A stretch of DNA of 51,555 nucleotides from IMG/VR virus record IMGVR_UViG_3300001525_000450, positions 1 to 51,555 of that record; one strand, given 5' to 3'. Below, one piece after another: positions 49,378 through 51,555 of the stretch. The translations under genes and the position numbers were made by a program. Below the pieces are notes generated by a model, which was not told the DNA's origin, did no database searches, and saw nothing but the letters and a program-made list of their open reading frames with translations. This stretch comes from a virus. Within the stretch, counting starts at the first letter, position 1, and every line of letters begins with the position of its first letter.

Positions 49378-49806
49378 TCAAACTCCTTTCTTCAGAAACT
49401 CACAATAGGATTTGTGAATGGCAATATTCAAGTCTTTGTGATTGACATCAAGTCTATGACACCAGTAAAGAAAATCTTGCTCAACTGGGATTGCCTTGTC
49501 ATCAATGTAAAGGTCAGCAAAAACCTTTCTTGTGTCATTGTTGTAGAGAGCAATCACTTCAGGAATATTTGTATTGATTGCATCAAATACAATTCCTTTC
49601 TGGTGGCAATAGGAGACAGCATCAATGAGATTTTTGCCATCTCGAGATGTCCAAAGAATGACTCGTACACCTTGCGCCTGAAGAGCTTTTACAAGGCTGA
49701 ACATTCCCATATTGGGCTCCCCAATTTCAGGGAATTTGTCTTCTACCAAAGTACCATCAAAATCGATAGCAACAATCTTTGGCAGATCATTATTTGTTTT
49801 GTTCAT
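49378..49806 (-). CDS. HAD-superfamily phosphatase-like protein
   Basis: IVAIDFDGTLVED (DxDGT motif I), ILWTSRDG (motif II-like), LYIDDKA (motif IV-like). GAGGAG RBS. Confidence 0.65.
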   Translation of the reverse strand: MNKTNNDLPKIVAIDFDGTLVEDKFPEIGEPNMGMFSLVKALQAQGVRVILWTSRDGKNLIDAVSYCHQKGIVFDAINTNIPEVIALYNNDTRKVFADLYIDDKAIPVEQDFLYWCHRLDVNHKDLNIAIHKSYCEFLKKGV

Positions 49807-50179
49807 ATTTTACAGTCTCCTCTTTCATGTGGAGAGAGGTCCAATTCTTTATGACCCCATCCATAGGAAGTGCAGCATGCCCAAGTGTTGGGCTGAATAG
49901 TTCAAAATATCTGTCTTGATATGCGATGTAAATTGCTTTTTTCACAGAGTCTACATCGCTCTTTCGAGCCATTTTGAATGTGATATCGAAGTCTTCTTTG
50001 CACCATTTTCTGATCCAAACACTTATGTCAAACCCATCAGTGTTTGTAGCTTTTGAAAAGGCATCCCAGACTTCAACAGGTACATAGCAAAAATGAATCC
50101 AAATGATCCCTTGATCACTTATTACCTTTGACAGAACTTTCCTGTACACCGCTTTCGAGTTTGGGCTTCTGTGTCTCAT
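49790..50179 (-). CDS. hypothetical protein (129 aa)
   Basis: GGAGGG RBS before MRHRSPNSK. Overlaps the 3' end of the ThyA-like gene by 65 nt. Confidence 0.5.
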   Translation of the reverse strand: MRHRSPNSKAVYRKVLSKVISDQGIIWIHFCYVPVEVWDAFSKATNTDGFDISVWIRKWCKEDFDITFKMARKSDVDSVKKAIYIAYQDRYFELFSPTLGHAALPMDGVIKNWTSLHMKEETVKYEQNK

Positions 50180-50981
50180 TGTTACCCTCCGGAGCTTTTT
50201 CACCATCCGGCAAGTTGCGCTCATAGATATGTAACGAACCAGCCTGATGGGTATATGTACCAACATCAACACCCAAAGTCATTGCCATCATCACCTGCAT
50301 AGAGCAGAAGCTGAACATGTCATAGGGTACACCAGTCCAGACGTCATTGGAACGCATGGTTGTCGTGAGGTTAAGGCGACCGTCACGGAGCAAGAACTGA
50401 AGAGACAATGTACACGGAGTATCTTTTGTTGGCTCACTCATGGGTCGAGGATTCTTGATCTGAATCACTGCCTGGCGACTATTCGGATCAGCTTTGAGAC
50501 GGTTAATGACATCCTGCCACTGATCAAACCCATAGAAATGCTGAATCTTGTGACCATAGCAGCTATTGACTGTTTCTCCGTCATCACTCATACGGTTCCA
50601 AGCAGAACTGAAAAGCCCAATGTCTTTGAGTTTGTTAGACCCAGAGAGATACCACAGCAATTCACCCACAGCATAACGCATGGGCATCTTGCGAGCTTCA
50701 CTCTTGACAATCATACGGGTGGGATCCTTGACAACGGTGATAGCATTGATGATCTCAGCAGCCACAGCGCCATCACGAGAGGAAGCAGTTTTCTTATTCA
50801 TACGGTGCTGAGCCAGCAGAGCAGCGAACCAGTATTCCCATGCATTATTGACATCGTTGACAACCACATAATTGTCAATATCAGCATCGCCACACAGGCG
50901 ATCACTCTTGTTGTAAAGGGACGTGAGCTTATACTCTTTTACAACTTTATTGAAGTCTTCCACATTGAACAGCAAACCCAT
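50115..50981 (-). CDS. thymidylate synthase-family pyrimidine C5 (hydroxy)methylase with Asp at the Asn177-equivalent position (dCMP-specific type predicted)
   Basis: ELLWYLSG, DPNSRQ, catalytic Cys in TPCTLSLQF, RSNDVWTGVPYD (ThyA: RSCDVFLGLPFN), GSLHIYERN. GGAGG RBS before MGLLFNV. Confidence 0.8.
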   Translation of the reverse strand: MGLLFNVEDFNKVVKEYKLTSLYNKSDRLCGDADIDNYVVVNDVNNAWEYWFAALLAQHRMNKKTASSRDGAVAAEIINAITVVKDPTRMIVKSEARKMPMRYAVGELLWYLSGSNKLKDIGLFSSAWNRMSDDGETVNSCYGHKIQHFYGFDQWQDVINRLKADPNSRQAVIQIKNPRPMSEPTKDTPCTLSLQFLLRDGRLNLTTTMRSNDVWTGVPYDMFSFCSMQVMMAMTLGVDVGTYTHQAGSLHIYERNLPDGEKAPEGNNETQKPKLESGVQESSVKGNK

Positions 50982-50983
50982 TT

Positions 50984-51409
50984 TTAAGTCCTCCAAATCT
51001 CAATCTGCAGAGTTGAATTTCCCATGACCTCATCGAACCGCTTCATCAGCTCTTTGACAGGATACATGGGAGTTTCGTTGCGCTTGTTAAGGCGCTCTTC
51101 GATAGTCTTTTCTTGAGTGGTGACATAGATCACCTTTGCACCACGAGCAAGCATAGCAGTCTCCAAATGATAGAGATCTTCCTTGCTCAGCTTCCGTTCT
51201 TCAGGAGTCTGATAAACGAACTGACCATAGCAAAACCGATCAGCAATCACATTTTCATTGGTCGCTGCATCGAGAATGTGATGGAAATAACGATAGTCAT
51301 TTGGGGTATCCTTTGTACAGTGGATAATACGTGCGTTGAGAATTCTTGCGAGCTTTCTGGCGATAGTGCTTTTGCCAACGCCATCAACTCCCTCCAATAC
51401 AATGAGCAT
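50984..51409 (-). CDS. short P-loop nucleotide kinase (Tmk/dNMP kinase-like)
   Basis: MLIVLEGVDGVGKSTIARKLA (Tmk-type P-loop), DRFCYGQFVY. Only 141 aa. Confidence 0.7.
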   Translation of the reverse strand: MLIVLEGVDGVGKSTIARKLARILNARIIHCTKDTPNDYRYFHHILDAATNENVIADRFCYGQFVYQTPEERKLSKEDLYHLETAMLARGAKVIYVTTQEKTIEERLNKRNETPMYPVKELMKRFDEVMGNSTLQIEIWRT

Positions 51410-51555
51410 TATTTGCTCCTTTCTGCTGCCTTGCAGACAGCTGCAATGATTTGATCTTGTCTCTTCTGGGGCAACCTATAAAACATGTCTGGATTCAAAA
51501 CCATGTAACCAGAACCCCAAGAGAAACACATTTGATCTTTGCCTTTGATTGGCTC
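51409..51555 (-). CDS. 3' part (all but the start codon) of the 49-aa junction-spanning hypothetical protein
   Basis: Same ORF as 1..78 read across the circular junction. TAA at 51411..51409 overlaps the kinase ATG. Confidence 0.5.
   Translation of the reverse strand, partial: EPIKGKDQMCFSWGSGYMVLNPDMFYRLPQKRQDQIIAAVCKAAERSK
51481..51555. repeat. 75-bp terminal direct repeat, copy 2
   Basis: Identical to bases 1-75. Confidence 0.95.

Overview
The window is a complete, circularly permuted tailed dsDNA phage genome. It has about 51,480 unique bp, and bases 1-75 are repeated exactly at 51481-51555, most likely an assembly overlap. Strong GGAGG-type RBSs, a SpoIIID-like regulator, XhlA, XkdX and a phiLC3-type holin point to a Firmicutes (Clostridia-like) host. 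No integrase or repressor was recognised.

Architecture: two divergent transcription arms leave a non-coding region of about 0.9 kb (18.44-19.40 kb). This region is full of AAAAATCGG iterons plus an AT-rich block and is the putative origin. The arms converge on a bidirectional terminator at about 47.25 kb.

Minus arm (18437 down to 1, continuing 51480 down to 47260), early/replication genes:
- sigma factor, small unknowns, Lar-like anti-restriction protein, SpoIIID-like regulator
- primase-helicase, HD hydrolase, family A DNA polymerase
- two tRNAs (Pro-UGG, Thr-UGU)
- Cas4-like exonuclease, Sak4-like ATPase, DUF669 SSB
- SNF2 helicase, VRR-NUC nuclease
- a nucleotide/DNA-modification gene set

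Plus arm (19459 to 47246), late genes:
- TerS, dUTPase, M23+GH25 endolysin, fibre-like paralogs, XkdX
- TerL, DUF4417, portal, MuF-like protein, scaffold, capsid E-type MCP
- tail module with tape measure, holin, XhlA
- a terminator-bounded accessory cluster

Most notable observations:
1. A candidate DNA base-hypermodification system. It comprises a ThyA-family enzyme with Asp at the Asn177-equivalent position, a P-loop kinase, a MazG-like enzyme, a dCMP deaminase, a GT-A glycosyltransferase translationally coupled to a radical SAM/SPASM enzyme, and an aGPT-Pplase-like protein. It is split by the artificial contig ends.
2. A canonical type I hammerhead ribozyme on the minus strand (14770-14826), between a promoter-proximal leader ORF and the downstream early genes.
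3. The iteron-rich origin, which contains a duplicated 129-bp module.
4. A family of 13 near-identical promoters (TTTACA-N17-TAYAAT, mostly with GAG just upstream of the -10). The late-operon copy is embedded in a perfect 15+15-bp palindrome.

All functional calls rest on motif recognition by eye; no database search was run.
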